NCBI GenBank assembly: GCA_030390025.1
Contig: CM059431.1
Coordinates: 154,878,001-154,942,000, forward strand
Direction of reading: 5' to 3'
From: Squalus acanthias
Taxonomy: Eukaryota
Length of the DNA stretch: 64,000 bases
In this document: one piece after another, positions 25,600 to 37,599 of the stretch
Position numbering within the stretch: position 1 is the stretch's first letter
How the letters are laid out: each line of letters begins with the position of its first letter
Notes under the pieces: generated by a model
Database searches by the model: none
What the model was told of the DNA's origin: nothing
What the model saw: the letters and a program-made list of their open reading frames with translations, nothing else
Made by a program: the position numbers and the translations under genes

Positions 25600-27100
25600 A
25601 TTGATGGCAATAAGGATTAGAATGTCAAGAAACGGCTGAGCGCACTGGAAACAGCAAAGTCTATGTGCCACAACAACATTCCGTTTTCGTGCTGAAGACT
25701 CCTTCTCCAGAACTAGCCGCGCTTCCAGCCAAGCTGTTCCAGTACAACTAAATAACAGGCACAATCCGAAAATATGGAAATCTGCGCAGGTATGCCCTGT
25801 CCACAAAAAGTAGGACAAATCCAAAAAGGCCAATTACCGCCCCATCAATCTACTCCCAATCATCAGCAATGTGATGGAAGGTGTCATCGACACTGCCATA
25901 AAGCGGCACTTACTCAACATTAACCTGCTCACTGATGCCCAGTTTGGATTCAGCCGATTCCACTCGGCTCCCAAGCTCATTACAGCCTTGGTCCAAACAT
26001 GGACAAAGGAGCTGAATTCCAGATGTGAGGTGAGAGTAAATGCCCCTGACATCAATGCAGCATTTGACCGAGTGTGGCATCAAGGAGCCCTCGTAAAACT
26101 GAACTCAATGGAAATCGGGGAGAAAACGCTCCACTGGCTGGAGTCATAAATAACACAAAGGAAGATGGTTGTGGTGATTGAGGGTCAATCATCACATCCC
26201 CAGGTCATCGCTGCAGGAGTTCCTCAGGGCAGTTTCCTAGGCGCAACCATCTTCAGCTGCTTCAGCAATGACCTTCCCTCCATCATACGTTCAGAAAAGG
26301 AGAAGTTATCTGATGACTGAACAGTGTTTAGCGCTATTCACAATTCCTCAGATGATGAAGCAGTCCATGCTTGCATGGAACAACACCTGGACGACGTTCA
26401 GGATTGGCGTTTAAGTGGCAGGTAGCATTCGCGCCACAGAAGTGGCAGGCAATGAGTATCCCCAACAAGTGAGAGACTAACGACCTCCCCTTGACACTCA
26501 ATGACATTACCATCGCCGAATCCTGCACCATCAACATCCTGGGGGTCCCCATTGACCAGAAAATTAACTGGACCAGCCACATAAATACTTTGGCATCAAT
26601 AACAGATCAGAGGTTCGGTATTCTGCGGCGAGTGTCTCACCTCCTGACTCCCCAAAGCCTTTCTACCATCTACAAGGCACAAGTAAGGAGTCTGATGGAA
26701 TACTCTACACTTGCCTGGATGAGTGCAGCTCCAACAATGCTCATGAAGCTCGACACCATCCAGGACAAGATGCACTGCAGCAACTCGCCAAGGCTTCTTC
26801 GGCAACACCTCCAAAACCCGCGGCCTCTTCCACCTAAAAGGACAAGGGCAGCAGACGCATGGGAGCACCACCAGCTCCACGTTCCCCTCCAAGTCACACA
26901 CCACCCTGACCTAGAAATATATCGCAGTTCCTTCATCATCGCTGTGTCAAAATCATTGAACTCCTTCCCTAACAGCACTGTTGGAGTAACTTCACCACCC
27001 GGAGTGAAGCGGTTCAAGAAGGCGGCTCACCATCATCTTCTCAAGCGCAATTAGTGATGGGCAATAAATGCTGGCCTTGCCAGTGACTCTCAGAACACAT
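25600..27100 (+). mobile_element. 3' half of tRNA/Deu-headed LINE family member
   Basis: RT region (MEGVIDTAIKRHLL...AFDRVWHQG) and tail gggcaataaatgctggccttgccag shared with 62000-63590. Confidence 0.85.
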
Positions 27101-28544
27101 AAGCGAATTACATAAAGTATAAAGGGCCTGAACCCAAGATTAATAGAGCCAGGATTTGAATGTTGTTCATTTACACACAGTTAGACTGTGGAGAACGTAT
27201 CTGCTAATGATCGAAATGGAAGTTAATTCCAAAAACTTAACGTTTCACATCAGAGAGTTCACTGCCCTTCCCTCTAAAATTGAACCAAAATAACTAACAA
27301 CGATCTTTGTCCGTTGCTATCAGTGGCCTTTTGTATTCTGATAATACAGAAGTTTTATGGGCAGCAAAAAACTAATATTGCGGCACTGAACTGAATCCGA
27401 CAGCAGGAGCCGATTTCGCTGTGGGGTCTTCTGAAACCGGGCGCGGGGGGGTGGGGGGGGGCGGGGGAGAGATAAAAATTGCTACCACACAAATAATTAA
27501 AAGATTTGCTTAAGATATCAGTTATTTCCCAGAACAATTTAAATCGAATGAGAATGTGCGTGATTCAGTTTGAGCCCTGTCACAGAGAACAGGGCTGGGA
27601 TAGATCGTACTGATCAGACTGAAGTTCGTGTTTATGACTGTGATGTGTAACTGATCTTTACCCAGGGTGTGCGCATTACCCTGCAGAACTCACAACGCAA
27701 ACATAACCTGACATCATGGAAACAGAATCAGGAGCCGCAGCACAAGTACTCAGAATGCACTCAGCGCAATCAAAGTGCTTTAATGTACCGGAATGTACTC
27801 ATCGCCGTTTATTTGGGTAGTTGTTTAATGTTATTGAAAAGTTATAGTATCAATTATGGATCAGTTAAGAATGCATTATTTTTCAGCAATTCATATACTG
27901 GAAGCAGCGCCATTTAACAGTGTAATACTTCCAAATGTAAACTCACAGACTAAAATGCCACTTTTGGAAATACTATTTAAATATGTTCTCGTTTATGTCA
28001 CCACTCTGAACAATAATATACTGTTCTAGATTTTTAACATGAAAAAGAGCGATTATCCTTTACGGAAATCCAAAGTTTTTACGACTGGAGGCATTAGTTT
28101 GACTCGCATTGACCTCAAGAAGCTTCTAGGTCAATCTGATGCAAATGCAGCATTCTTGTCAATGTGCGTTGCTGTCACCTCTTCTCTGGCATTTAAATCT
28201 TGCACCTGTAAGCATTTCGGGAACAAAGGATTTCAGGTGTCACCCGAACTAAACGTTGGTGAGCAGGTTATTGATGAGTGATAGTTGCTTGATGGCGCTA
28301 TTGATGAATCCACACTTCACTTTGCTGATTATTGAGGGGTGGCTTGTCGGCCGGTAATTGGTTCGACTCAATCTGTCGTAATTTTGTGGATAGGACATAG
28401 CTGAGCCCCCAAAACATCTTTATAAAGTGCAAAAACCATGGTCAACATGTGAGATAAGACAGAGTAAAAACCTAAATGAAGGGACTGACACAAATATAAA
28501 GAAATACGGTAATACACTAAACGGAGAAATAAAGAATTAATTAT

Positions 28545-28970
28545 TGGGATGTGGGCATCGTTGGCAAGGCCGGCATTTATTGCCCATCCCTAGTTGCATT
28601 GAGAATGTGTTGGATAGCGGCCTTCTTGAACCGCTGCAGTCCGTGTTTGATGCAACTGTGTCGCTTGCTAGACCATTTCAGAGGGCGATTAAGAGTCAAC
28701 AACATTGCTACGGGACTGGAGTCACAAAGAGTGCAGACAGGGTAAGTTCGGACGAATTCCTTCCCTGAAGGAAATTAATGAACCAGATGGGTTTTTGCGA
28801 CAATCTAGTATATTCATGGTCAACATTGCTGAGACTCGATTTTTGTTCCAGATATGTTTAATTAAATGCATTTAAATTCCCCAGCTGCCGCAATGGAATT
28901 TTGAACTCGTCATCGGATCATTAGTCCAGGCCTCTGGATTATTGACCAGTAACTTAACCACTATGCTAAC
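28545..28970 (-). mobile_element. SacSINE1-like tRNA-derived Deu-domain SINE
   Basis: Minus strand A-box tagcatagtgg, B-box gagttcaaaattcc; body matches 60520-60690, tail matches 63485-63585. Confidence 0.8.
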
Positions 28971-28999
28971 GTATCCACCATTCCTTCAACTATCAGTTT

Positions 29000-29560
29000 A
29001 CTTTTTTTTATCTATTTATGTAATATTTTAGGATTCCCTTTAATATTACCTCCTGATATTTTCTCAAACTAGATCTTTGCCCATCTTATATTCATTTTGA
29101 ATTTCCCCCTGCACTCTGCATTATGTCTGGTTTTCGATTGCATTCTGTTCCTGAAAGTTTTTATATACCTCCTCTTTCTGTTTTATTTTAAACTCTTTTT
29201 GCTTTGTCATCCAGGGCTTGTTATGGATGCTACATATTTCCTCCAGATAGGAATATGCTTGATTTTTTTCCCAATTCTCTCTGCGTTGAAGGCCTGCCTT
29301 TGTCCAATTACTGTTTCTTCGGTCAATCTTTGTTTCCATTCTCAATCCACTGAAATGAGCTTTCTTCTATTTGGGTATTTCACCGTTAATTTTAACCTTT
29401 GTCACTTTCAATAACATTTTTATTTCTAATTATATCATGATCACTATACCCAGATGTTGTCCCACAGAAACGCACTCCATGTTCCCTACTACAGTTCCGA
29501 GACTAGATCCAGCACTGCTTCGCTCCTCGTTTGGCTCGAAACATACTGATCAATAAAGAT
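29000..29560 (-). mobile_element. highly degenerate CR1 ORF2 fragment
   Basis: Residual similarity to the CR1 APE-RT linker (KPWMTK; tcactatacccagatgttgtcccac). Confidence 0.5.
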
Positions 29561-30129
29561 CTCCTGTATCGATAATATAAATTGTTAAGCGTTCAGCATC
29601 AAGGAGAACAGGTGGAAATGATTGGCAAAAGTTCAATTCGGATTGTAACAGGTTGGGGAAGGAAGAAATGGGTAAGGGAGAGAGTTTGTGGTTGAGGAGA
29701 CTGTAGACTTGGAGGCGTTTTCAGTTACGGGGCAACATTCAGGGATGGAGCAGGTGAATTAAAATGCATGTGGGGAACTGAAGTTACAACAGAATCAGAC
29801 ATAGAGCCGATGTGAAGGAAAACCGGGGGAGAAAGAGATATGGAACCGGTGGGGGAGGGAAGCAAAAATTTAAGCTAAAGCACAGAATCAGCCAGGGAAG
29901 CGGACCGCTAAAAAGCAAGGCTTTCAAACACGAAGCAGGGGAGCCGGATACAGATTGGGAACGGCAGCACAGAGAAGCAGGTAGTGTAATGAGACACGGA
30001 GGATACGCCAGAAATAGCATGAACTTTTAATATTCTTATTAAATTAAAATGTTGGAAATGATTTTAATGTTCAGACTTTCTCAGTCTGACAGTTAATTGA
30101 ATCCGTTGCCAAACTATTAAAATAAAGAT

Positions 30130-31800
30130 TAAACTAGGGCTCCTTGATTCCACACTCGGTCAAATGTTGCCTTGATGTCAAGGGCAGCCACTCTCATCTC
30201 ACCTCTGGAATTCAGCTCCTTTGTCCATGTTTGGAACAAGGCTGTAATGAGGTCGGGAGCCGAGTGGTCTTGGTGGAACCTAAACTGAGCACCAGTGAGC
30301 ATGTTATTGGGGAGTAATTGCCGCTTGATAGCACTGTTGCTGACACCTTCCATCACTTTGCAGGTGATTGATAGTCGACTGATGGGGCGGTAATTGGCTC
30401 TATTGGATTTGTCCAGCTTTTAGTGGACAGTACATACTTGGGCAGTTTTCCACATTGTCGGATAGATGCCAGTGTTGTAGCTGTACTGGAACAGCTTGGC
30501 TAGAGGCGCAGCTAATTCTGGAGCACATGTCTTCAGCACGATAGCCGGGATGTTGTCGGGGCCCACAGCCTTTTCTGTATCCAGTGCGCTCAGCCGTTTC
30601 TTGATACCACTTGCAGTAAATCGAATTGGCTGAAGACTAGCTTCTGTGACGGTGGTGAACTCAGGAGTAGGCCGATATGGTTCATCCACTCGGCACTTCT
30701 GGCTATAGATGGTTGCAAACGCTTCAGCCTTGTCTTTTGCACTCACGTGCTGAGCTCCACCATCGTTGAGGCTGGGGATATTCTCTCTTCCCGTTAGATG
30801 TTTAATGGTCAACCACCATTCACGACTGGATGTGGCAGGGCTGCAGAGCTTTGATCTCATCCGTTGTTTGTGGGATCACTTAAAATTGTGTATAACATGC
30901 TGCTTTCGCTATTTAGCATGCATGTAGTCCTGATGTTGCAGCTTCCCTGGAAGGCACCTCATTTTTAGGTACGCCTGGTGCTGCTCCTTTCAAGATCTTC
31001 TAAACTCCTTATTGGACCAGGGTTGGTCCGATGGCTTGATGGTAATTTTAGCTTGAGGGATATGCGTGGCCATGAGGTTACAGATTGTGGTTTAATACAA
31101 TTCTTCTGCTGCTGATGTCCCACATCGTCTCAAGGATCCCCAGTTTTGAGCTGCTAGATCTGTTCTGAATTTCTCACCACCTGTCGCAGGCCTAGACTGG
31201 CAGTTATGTGCTTCAGGACTCGGCCAGCTCGGTCAGTAGTGGTGCTACCGATCCACTCTTGGTGGACATTGATGTCCCTCACCCAGCGTAAATTCTGTGC
31301 ACTTGCTACTCGCAGTGCTTCTTACAAGTGGTGTTCAACATGAAGGAGTACTGATTCATCAACTGAGGAAGGGCGTTAGTTGGTAATCAGCAGGAGGTTT
31401 CCTTACCCGTGCTTCACCTGAAGCCATGAGAATTCATGGGGTCCGGAGTCAATGCTAAGGACACCCAGGGCCACTCCTTGCCGACTGTATACCTCTGTGC
31501 CGTCACCCAGGGATGGTGATGGAGGTATTTGGGACATTGCCTGAAGATATGGTTCTGTGAGTATGACTATGTCAGGCTGTTTCTTGACTAGCCTGTGGGA
31601 CAGCTGAACAATCTTGGCAACAGTCCCCAGATGTTGGTGAGGATGACTTTGCGTGTTCGACTGGGCTAGGTGTGCCATTGTCATGTCCGTAGCCGATGCC
31701 TGGTGGCCAGTTGGATTTCATTCTTATTAATTTGTTTCGTAGCGGTTTTGTTATAACTGAGTGGCTTGCTCGGCCATTTCAGAGGGCAGTTAAGCGTCAA
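30130..31800 (-). mobile_element. 5' two-thirds of tRNA/Deu-headed LINE family member
   Basis: Deu end at 31750-31800, then APE (QPDIVILTE) and GPDNIPAIVLKTCAPELAAPLAKLFQ. Confidence 0.85.
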
Positions 31801-32099
31801 CGAATTGGCAGCCGGTTTTACGCCCTGAGCGATTTATTTTAATTTACTTTTATTTAGCAAGGGATACATCTTCATTTTGTGCGAAGGTGGGTTGTTTAGA
31901 CTCTATCTTCTTGGAGGAAGTCATTGCTATGCATTTGTGTGACGCAAATGTTATTTGCAAATGTTCCTTTCTGCTAGTATCCAGGAGGTAAAGAGAGGTT
32001 AAGAGAAAGGATTAGCAGGCAAAATGAAATTGAACCATAAAACAATTGATAAGCATTTCAGGCAACATTTAATCTCTCCTGCCTTCAATCTAGCACAGA

Positions 32100-32330
32100 C
32101 TACCCTTTCAATTCCTTCCTCACCTACCCGTCCACCGCCCCGCCCTTTCCCTGCATCTGGACCTGCTTAAAACCTGTTACATTTTCAACTTTTACCAGTT
32201 TTGACGACAGATAACAGACCTGAAACGTTAACTATGTTTCTGTTTCCACGGACTTTGCTTGGTCTGCTGAGTTTTCCAGCATTCTCTGTTGTTATTTCAG
32301 ATTTCCAGCATTCGAAGTTATTTGCTATTG
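32100..32330 (+). mobile_element. Penelope 3' remnant with mutated hammerhead
   Basis: cagttttgacga...gacctgaaacgttaact...atttcagatttccagca. Confidence 0.7.
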
Positions 32331-32616
32331 TGTAAGTTCTAAGCGGTTTGGTCAGGAAAATGTTGGGCCTATTAAGGACGCAATGGGAAATCTTCATATA
32401 GAGGCAGAGGGCATGGCATCAGTATAGTGAGAGATAAAGCAGACATTATAAAATATTAGCATTAATGAAAGTTGTTAATCACCTGGTCCAGATGGATTGC
32501 ACCTAGGTTGCTGAATGAAGTAACGGTGGAAATAATGGTGGCATTGTTCACAATCCTTTAACCCTCATTGGGTACTGGATTAGTGCTAGAGGACTAGAGG
32601 TATGCTAATGTTATAT

Positions 32617-32858
32617 TGTTGAGGCTGCCGTGAAACACAAATTATGGCTGAATCGATTTGTGGAAAACAAGAGACTTGTTTAATGCGACTGCATGGTACA
32701 AAATGGCTGAACAGACTGCTCCCAGAATTCTCTGAAAAAATCCTGAGGCCCCGCCCACTCCTGCCTTAAAGGTAAGGTGCCTTAAAGGGAAGGTGCTCGA
32801 TATTTGTCCATGGACGGCAAAGTAGAAAATGCCCGTTTAAGTGGCGATCCGCAACACA
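32617..32858 (-). repeat. 3' LTR of Gypsy element
   Basis: tgttgaggctgccgtgaaacac...caca; adjacent PPT (minus strand ggggggagc). Confidence 0.85.
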
Positions 32859-35800
32859 GCTCCCCCCAGAATCCGCTTAGGAGGTGTGGACGAGACGGTG
32901 CAGCGGTCTGATGGGCCAGCCGGAGCGGCTCTTGTAGGACGCCGGTGGACGTGGAATGGCCGGGCGTGGAGCAGCCGGGTGAACCGGATTGAGGGCAGGT
33001 CGGCCGCGTGGATGTGGACGAGCTACATGGACCTGCTCACCGGGCTCCGAGTGTGCTGACTTGAGTCGGTCAACCGACACTTTTTCGGTCCTGTCGCAGG
33101 GTGAAAAATTTGTCCCCAGCCTGTAGCACCTTGTCAGGCCCGTCGTACGGGGGTTGAAGTGGTCGTCGTGTTGGACGAAATAAAAACCGTGCATTGTGCA
33201 GGCTTAGTGGGACGTGTGAGGTGGATTCACCGTGTCGGGCAATAGGCACTGGGGCAAACTGCAGCGCCGGTGAGGTGAAGTCGTGGCGTTGCTGGTCGGC
33301 TGACCAGGGTGTTGTGGTGCTGGGCAGGAACTCGCCGGGTACGTGCAGCGGCTGACCATACACGAGCTCTGCTGCCGATGCATGGAGGTCTTCTTTAACT
33401 GCGTTGCACAGGCCGAGGAGGACCCGCGGTTGTCGGTCGGTCCAGACGCCTTCCTGGACGCTGGCTCGAAGAGACGCCTTCAAGGATCTGTGGAACCGCT
33501 CACACAGTCCGTTGGCTTGGGGGTGGTACGTTGTGGTGCGGTGAATGGTCACCCCGAGATTGCTTGCGACGGCGGTCCAGAGTTCAGAGGTAAATTGCAG
33601 ACCTCTGTCCGATGTCATGTCGGAGGGGACGCTGAACCGTGCGACCCAGGTGCTGACGAAGGCTCTGGCGATGTCGGCGGTGGTGGTAGAGGTCAGTGGA
33701 ATTGCCTCAGGTCAGCTTGTGGTGCGGTCAACGATGGTCAGCAAGTGCGTGTGGCCTTGCGATGGCGGCAGGGGCCCGATGATGTCCACGTAGATGTGGT
33801 CGAATCTCCGCGAGGGGACGGTAAAATCCTCGAGGTGTCCTTTCGTGTGTTGCTGTACCTTGGCCCGTTGGCAGGCTGGGCAGGAGTGGGCCCAAGTACG
33901 AACATCCTTGCGAAGGCCGCGCCAGACAAAGCGGTTGTCTACCAATTTGATGGATGAGCGGGCGCCGGGGTGGGAGAGGTTGTGGAGAATGTCGAATAGC
34001 CGGCAGCGCCAGGACGCTGGGACGACGGGCCGAGGTTGACATAGGGATATGTCGCACTTGACCGTGACTGCGGTCGGGCCACAGGCGACGTCGGCCAGGC
34101 GTAGCCCTGGTAGGTTGCTGGGTGCGGAGAGCAGATCAGGGTCGGTGATCTGGTCAGCTGCGAGTTGAGCGTATTCGACTGCTAGGTGTGTGGCGTGGAT
34201 GGAAGGGCGGGAGAGGCAGTCGTCTACCACATTGTCTCGGCCGGAGACGTGTTGGATGTCCGTGGTGAACTCGGACACTGCCGTGAGCTGGCGCTGCTGC
34301 CTGGTGGACCAGGGGTCGGTTGTCTTTGCCATTGCGAATGTCAGGGTCTTGTGGTCGACAAACGCAGTGAAGAGGTGGCCCTCAAGCAAAAACCGGAAAT
34401 GGCGGACCGCCAGGAACAGCGCGAGGAACTCGCCGTCGAAGGTGCTGTACTTGACCTCCGGGGGGCATAGTTGGCAGCTGAAAAAGGCAAGTGGTTGCCA
34501 GGCGCCGTCGACGCACTGCTCATACACGGCTCCGACCGCGTGGTTGGAGGCGTCCGTGGTGAGCGCTACCCTGGAATTTGGCCATGGGTGCGTGAGCAGG
34601 TTGGTGTTGTTGAGCGCGGTCTTGGTGGAATCTAAGGCGGCGGACGTGTCTGCCGTCCATTCGACCGCCATCTTGCCGCTCCTGCCCCGGAGGGCTTCCT
34701 ACAGGGGCCTCAAGAGGGACGCCGCTTTGGGGATGAAGCGCTTATAGAAATTCACCATCCCGAGGAGCTTCTGGAGGCCTTTGATGGTGGTGGGGCGGGG
34801 AAATTGTTGGACGGCCTGCACCTTGGTGGGCAGGGGAATGGCTCCAGCATGGGTGATGTGGTGACCGAAGAAGTCGATCTTTACCAGGCCGAACTGGCAT
34901 TTGGCTGGGCTGAGGATGAGCCCGTGGTCACTGAGGCGCCCGAAAAGGATGCGAAGGTTTTCGAGGTGTTCCTGGTTGGAGGAACTGGCTACCAGGATGT
35001 TGTCCAGGTAGATGAACAGGAACTTCAGGTCCCGAAGGACCGAGTCCATGAGCCTTTGGAATGCCTGGGCCGCGTTTTTGAGGCCGAAGGGCATCCGCAG
35101 CAACTCGAACAGGCAGAAGGGGGTGTTTACGGCCGTCTTGGGGACGTCCGCGGGGTGGACGGGACTTGGTGGTAGCCGCGCACCAGGTCGACCTTGGAAA
35201 AGACTGAGCGGCCGGCCAGTCTAGCCGAGAAGTCCTGAATGTGCGGCACGGGGTACCGATCAGCGATGGTGGCGTCATTGAGGCGGCGGTAATCCCCGCA
35301 GGGGCGCCAACCTCCGCCTGGTTTGGGAGCGATGTATAGTGGTGAGGCCCAGGGACTGTTGGCGCGGCGGATGATGCCGAGCTGTTCCATGGTGGCAAAC
35401 TCGGTCCGCGCGATCTCCAGTTTTCCGGGTCCAGCCTGTGGGCATGGGCGTACACTGGGGGGCATGTGGTGGAGATGAAGTGTTCCACCCCGTGTTTGCC
35501 GGCCTCCGCGGAGAAGGTCGGATTGGTAAGGGCCGGGAATTCAGCCAGGAGTGCCGAGTAGTCATCCGTGGCCCGGGCGTGGCACTGTGACGCCTTGTCG
35601 GTGGGTTGACGGGGGGCCATGGCGCCCAGAGTGGAGGACATGGTGTTCATGTCCATGAGGCGGTGATGAGGGATGTCTAGCAGTAAGCCGTGGGCACACA
35701 GGAAATCTGCGCTGATGAGGGGGGAGAGCACCTTGGCAGTGATGAACTCCCATCGGTAGCGGTGACCAGCGAGGTCGAGGGTGACTGTCCGGGTGCCATA

Positions 35801-36694
35801 CGTTCGGATTTCCAAGCCGTTAGCAGCAGCCAGCGCCGGTCCTCGTTCGCCCTTTTGGATGTGGAGGGAAGAGGCCGGGATGATGCTGTGGTGAGCCACA
35901 GTGTCGCACAGGAACTGGCGGCCGGTTTTGTCATCCATGACGAACAGCAGGGAGCCCGCGTGGCCCACGGCCATCGCGGGGGCTGGAACGGGGGCGGACT
36001 TGAAAGAGCAGGGAGGTGTGCACCGTTGTGCCCTGGCGCCGAACCGTGCATGGTAGTAACAGTGGCCCGGGTTAGTGGGAGTGAAGGCCCCGTGGGCCTG
36101 GTGACAGGCCCTTGTGGCCGTGTGCTGGATGGTGAGGGGCGCGCCCAGGAATTGGCTGGCAGGTCCGGAGTGATGTCAAAGCTGGAGTGAGTGGACAGCA
36201 GCTTGACGGCCTCATCGGCCAGGGCTTCCAGGTTCGTGAGGCCGGACACCACGATCGCTGGCCGGATGCTGAGAGGGAGCTGGCGGATGAACAGCGTGTG
36301 GAAGAGGGATCCGGGTGGGCTCTCGTCGGTGAGGGAGAGCATGTGGGAGAGGAGGTCTGACTGTGAGGCATCACCGAGGCCTGGAAGGTCGAGGAGGTGG
36401 CAGTTTCGCTGATATGCCGAGGCCGTAAATATTTTAAGGAGCGCTGTTCTGAGATGTGCGTACTGGCCTTCCTCTGGCGGGTTCTGCAGCGTTGTCCAAA
36501 CCTTGGAAACTGCGGCGCTACTGAGTGATGTCACGAGATAGTCGTACTTCGTCCCATCTGTGATGATATTTCGCAGCCGGAAGCGAGATTCAGCTTGGAC
36601 AAACCAGGCTTCGGGCTGGTTTTCCCAAAACTCCGGCAGTTTCATGGAAACTGCGTTCGTGTCCACCATTGCAGTGCTCGGAATACGTTCTGAG

Positions 36695-36708
36695 CGTCGG
36701 CGTCACCA
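36695..36708 (-). promoter_or_regulatory. primer binding site, tRNA-Trp
   Basis: Minus strand TGGTGACGCCGACG, one mismatch to the complement of the tRNA-Trp 3' end (CGUCGGGGUCACCA). Confidence 0.8.
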
Positions 36709-36709
36709 A

Positions 36710-36975
36710 TGTTGAGGCTGCCGTGAAACACGAATGGAGGCTGCATCCATATGTGGGAAAGCAAGAAAACTTTAATTCACTGCATGGCACACAAAAAAAT
36801 GGCTGAGAGTTGCTCCCAGAATTCCCTGCTAAAAACTCCCAGAACTCTCTGGGTAAAACCTGAGGCCCCGCCCCCTTCTGCCTTAAAGGTAATGTGCCTT
36901 AAAGGGGAAGGTGCGGGAAATTTGTCCACAGACGGAAAAGTGGATTACGCCAGTTTTTGGTGGCGAACCGCCACA
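36710..36975 (-). repeat. 5' LTR of Gypsy element
   Basis: Diverged direct repeat of 32617-32858. Confidence 0.85.
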
Positions 36976-37009
36976 GCTGAACTCTTTAAGAAACAAAAAC
37001 TAACAAATT

Positions 37010-37280
37010 GTGACAAAAACACAAAATGGTGGAAACACATAGCAGGTCGGGTTACATCTGTGGAGAGAGAAACCGAGTTACCGTTTCAGGTCGATGACCT
37101 TTCATCAGACTGGAAAATGTTAGCGATTAACAGGGGCTGTGTAGGAAAAGAACAAAAGGAATGAATAAACTGCACAACTAACTGTGATGGCATGTAGGGC
37201 AGAAGTGATTAGATGACAAAAGTGATGCTGATGCAGGGATAATGAGGTGATACTGAGGCAAGGGTAGAAACAAAAGATCC
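37010..37280 (-). mobile_element. Penelope 3' remnant with mutated hammerhead
   Basis: Minus strand ctgatgaaaggtcatcgacctgaaacggt. Confidence 0.7.
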
Positions 37281-37599
37281 CATTATCAGAGCACGTTCCA
37301 TTTGTCACCGCTCTGCTTCCAACCTCTCTACCTGACAGTGCAGGCTCGTGAACTGCTACAGACTCATACAACAAGTTCATAATTGCACTACTTTAATGGC
37401 TTACAAGAAGCAATTCAAATGATTTTTCACCCAGGAGTTCACCAATGATGACTTCTGACACGGCTTCCATCCTGTTCTACTATTCAATGAATTCCTCTCC
37501 CCCAGTAACGTCAGCATGTGCATTAGAAGGTTGAAGTTTCTCAGGTGTGGACTTCTGATATCATTGTGGTCGGCGACCTATAGGTGTTTGGGTCTGAGA

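Larger units (their letters stand above)
32617..36975 (-). mobile_element. decayed Ty3/Gypsy LTR retrotransposon, CsRn1-like clade
   Basis: Gag (MKLPEFWENQPEAWF; CYYH-x9-C-x3-C), protease (CDTV), RT (MPFGLKNA, YLDN), RNase H (TDAS), integrase (HHCC, SDRG, ERFHR); two LTRs, PBS, PPT. Confidence 0.92.

Noticed and set aside
33343..36412. Long + strand ORFs
   Set aside because: Antisense shadows of the GC-rich Gypsy coding region
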